Virus record (IMG/VR): IMGVR_UViG_3300045580_000382
Reading direction: 5' to 3' (one strand)
DNA: 64,000 nucleotides
Origin: an uncultured virus (IMG/VR IMGVR_UViG_3300045580_000382)
Taxonomy: Duplodnaviria; Heunggongvirae; Uroviricota; Caudoviricetes
Position 1 is the stretch's first letter, and every line of letters begins with the position of its first letter. Shown piece by piece: positions 62,874-64,000 of the stretch. The position numbers were made by a program, and so were the translations under genes. The notes beneath the pieces are model-generated. The model was given only the letters and a program-made list of their open reading frames with translations. It ran no database searches and was not told the origin of the DNA.

Positions 62874-64000
62874 TTAATGAGTTTCTTGCCAATTCTTACC
62901 AGTTCGGGCTTCACCTGTTAATGGACATTTAAGCTGGAAGTATTCACCTGACTTACGGAAAGAATCAATAGCTAACTTGATATACAGATCAACATATTCA
63001 GGTTTAACTAAGGACTGATATTCATCATGGACGTGTGCTACAAATCCCCAGTCCTTAGCAAAAACTAATCCTTCATTAGTGAGATCATCGTACAGAATTG
63101 TTGTTGCTTTCTTTACTGCGATAGCTCCTGTGGATTGCAGAAGCTGGTTGAGGGCAGAATGTTTAGAGCGAATCTGTAACCGGCGCCCATCAATACCAGT
63201 GAGATAGCCACGTTGCGTAATGCGATCTTCGATGAGATCTTTAAGCTTCTTGATAGCAGGTAGATTGCTATAGAACGTATCAATAGTTTTCTTACCCTGC
63301 TTGTACTGGGTATCGACACTTTCGTCAGGAGATATAATGGATCCAGTCTTTTTTGCGCCGCCACCATACAAGATGCAATAAATAAGCCGCTTTGAAAGAT
63401 CACGGGTAGCTTTGCTGATCTCACCTACACCATCGTAGATACCAAACAGTTTGGCATTATATGTGTGGATATCAAAACCTTCTGTACTAACTAGCCTGGC
63501 GTACTCACCATCATCAAAGTAAGCAAGCCAGGAACCTAGCGCCCTGAGTTCGAGTCCAGAAGCATCAGCACCAACCAGCAGCCAATCATCAGGAGCATAA
63601 AACAGAGCCCTGCACTCAGCTCCAAAAGCGTGACCAACACTGGGGACTTGAGCCATATTGGGCCGCTTGTGGCTGCATCTGCCGCTAATGCAAGCGTTAG
63701 TAATAACTTCGCCATGAATACGGCCATCGTTATAAATCCTGCAATGCTTTAGCCATGCTTCTTTCCCTTCAGCAATTTGGCCAAGCCTTTTATTAAAGAG
63801 CTGATACTCAGCGAGGAGCTTAGCTTCTGGATACTTCTGACCAAGGATTTCCAGAACATCATCGTCCACTTTTGGCTTGCCTTTCTCCGTGGATTCAAAT
63901 GTAATTTCTGGATACTTAGCAGTAAGTCGTTGCGATATCTGTGTCCTGGAAGCAGGGTTGAATACCGTAACCTCCGTTTTAAGTTGTTTGCCAGTCTTTT
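62874..64000 (-). CDS. polA: DNA polymerase family A, T7-like (5'-truncated by window)
   Basis: Frame open to the window end (FNPASRTQI); motif A DASGLELR; motif B RDLSKRLIYCILYG (Tyr at the E. coli 762-equivalent position); motif C VHDE. Confidence 0.95.
   Translation of the reverse strand, partial: KTGKQLKTEVTVFNPASRTQISQRLTAKYPEITFESTEKGKPKVDDDVLEILGQKYPEAKLLAEYQLFNKRLGQIAEGKEAWLKHCRIYNDGRIHGEVITNACISGRCSHKRPNMAQVPSVGHAFGAECRALFYAPDDWLLVGADASGLELRALGSWLAYFDDGEYARLVSTEGFDIHTYNAKLFGIYDGVGEISKATRDLSKRLIYCILYGGGAKKTGSIISPDESVDTQYKQGKKTIDTFYSNLPAIKKLKDLIEDRITQRGYLTGIDGRRLQIRSKHSALNQLLQSTGAIAVKKATTILYDDLTNEGLVFAKDWGFVAHVHDEYQSLVKPEYVDLYIKLAIDSFRKSGEYFQLKCPLTGEARTGKNWQETH

Noticed and set aside
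1..64000. CRISPR array, diversity-generating retroelement, IS element or integrase
   Set aside because: No regularly spaced repeat-spacer units, reverse transcriptase, transposase or recombinase motifs were found by eye. All tandem repeats seen are in-frame coding repeats.

Overview
This window is most of a tailed dsDNA phage genome; both window ends cut through genes. The host is most likely a freshwater picocyanobacterium, judged from two NblA-like genes, Dps, a DUF5895-like gene and small proteins typical of cyanophages. About 1-38.5 kb (+ strand) is the virion module. It holds Ala/Gly/Gln-rich putative internal or ejection proteins, terminase, portal, a scaffold overlapping the portal by 473 nt, the major capsid protein, muralytic enzymes, three tail-fibre cassettes, an endolysin, and tRNA-Leu(UAA) and tRNA-Pro(UGG). 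About 38.5-64 kb (mostly - strand) is the replication/early module: prim-pol/D5 helicase, PD-(D/E)XK exonuclease, Gp157, SSB, dCMP deaminase and a T7-type PolA. No tape measure, tail tube, sheath or integrase is recognisable, which suggests a short-tailed lytic phage. The most unusual signals are: (i) a short FLxx[FY] motif shared by about ten unrelated disordered proteins, plus an 18-residue C-terminal tag shared by two muralytic enzymes and a membrane-type protein, together suggesting a virion cargo-addressing system; (ii) an 874-aa block-charged low-complexity protein; (iii) a 157-nt multi-stem ncRNA between ssb and the DUF5895-like gene; (iv) a nested inverted-repeat, origin-like element beside two degenerate His-Cys/HNH proteins; (v) a circularly permuted M23 peptidase. 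All family calls come from motifs recognised by eye, not from database searches.
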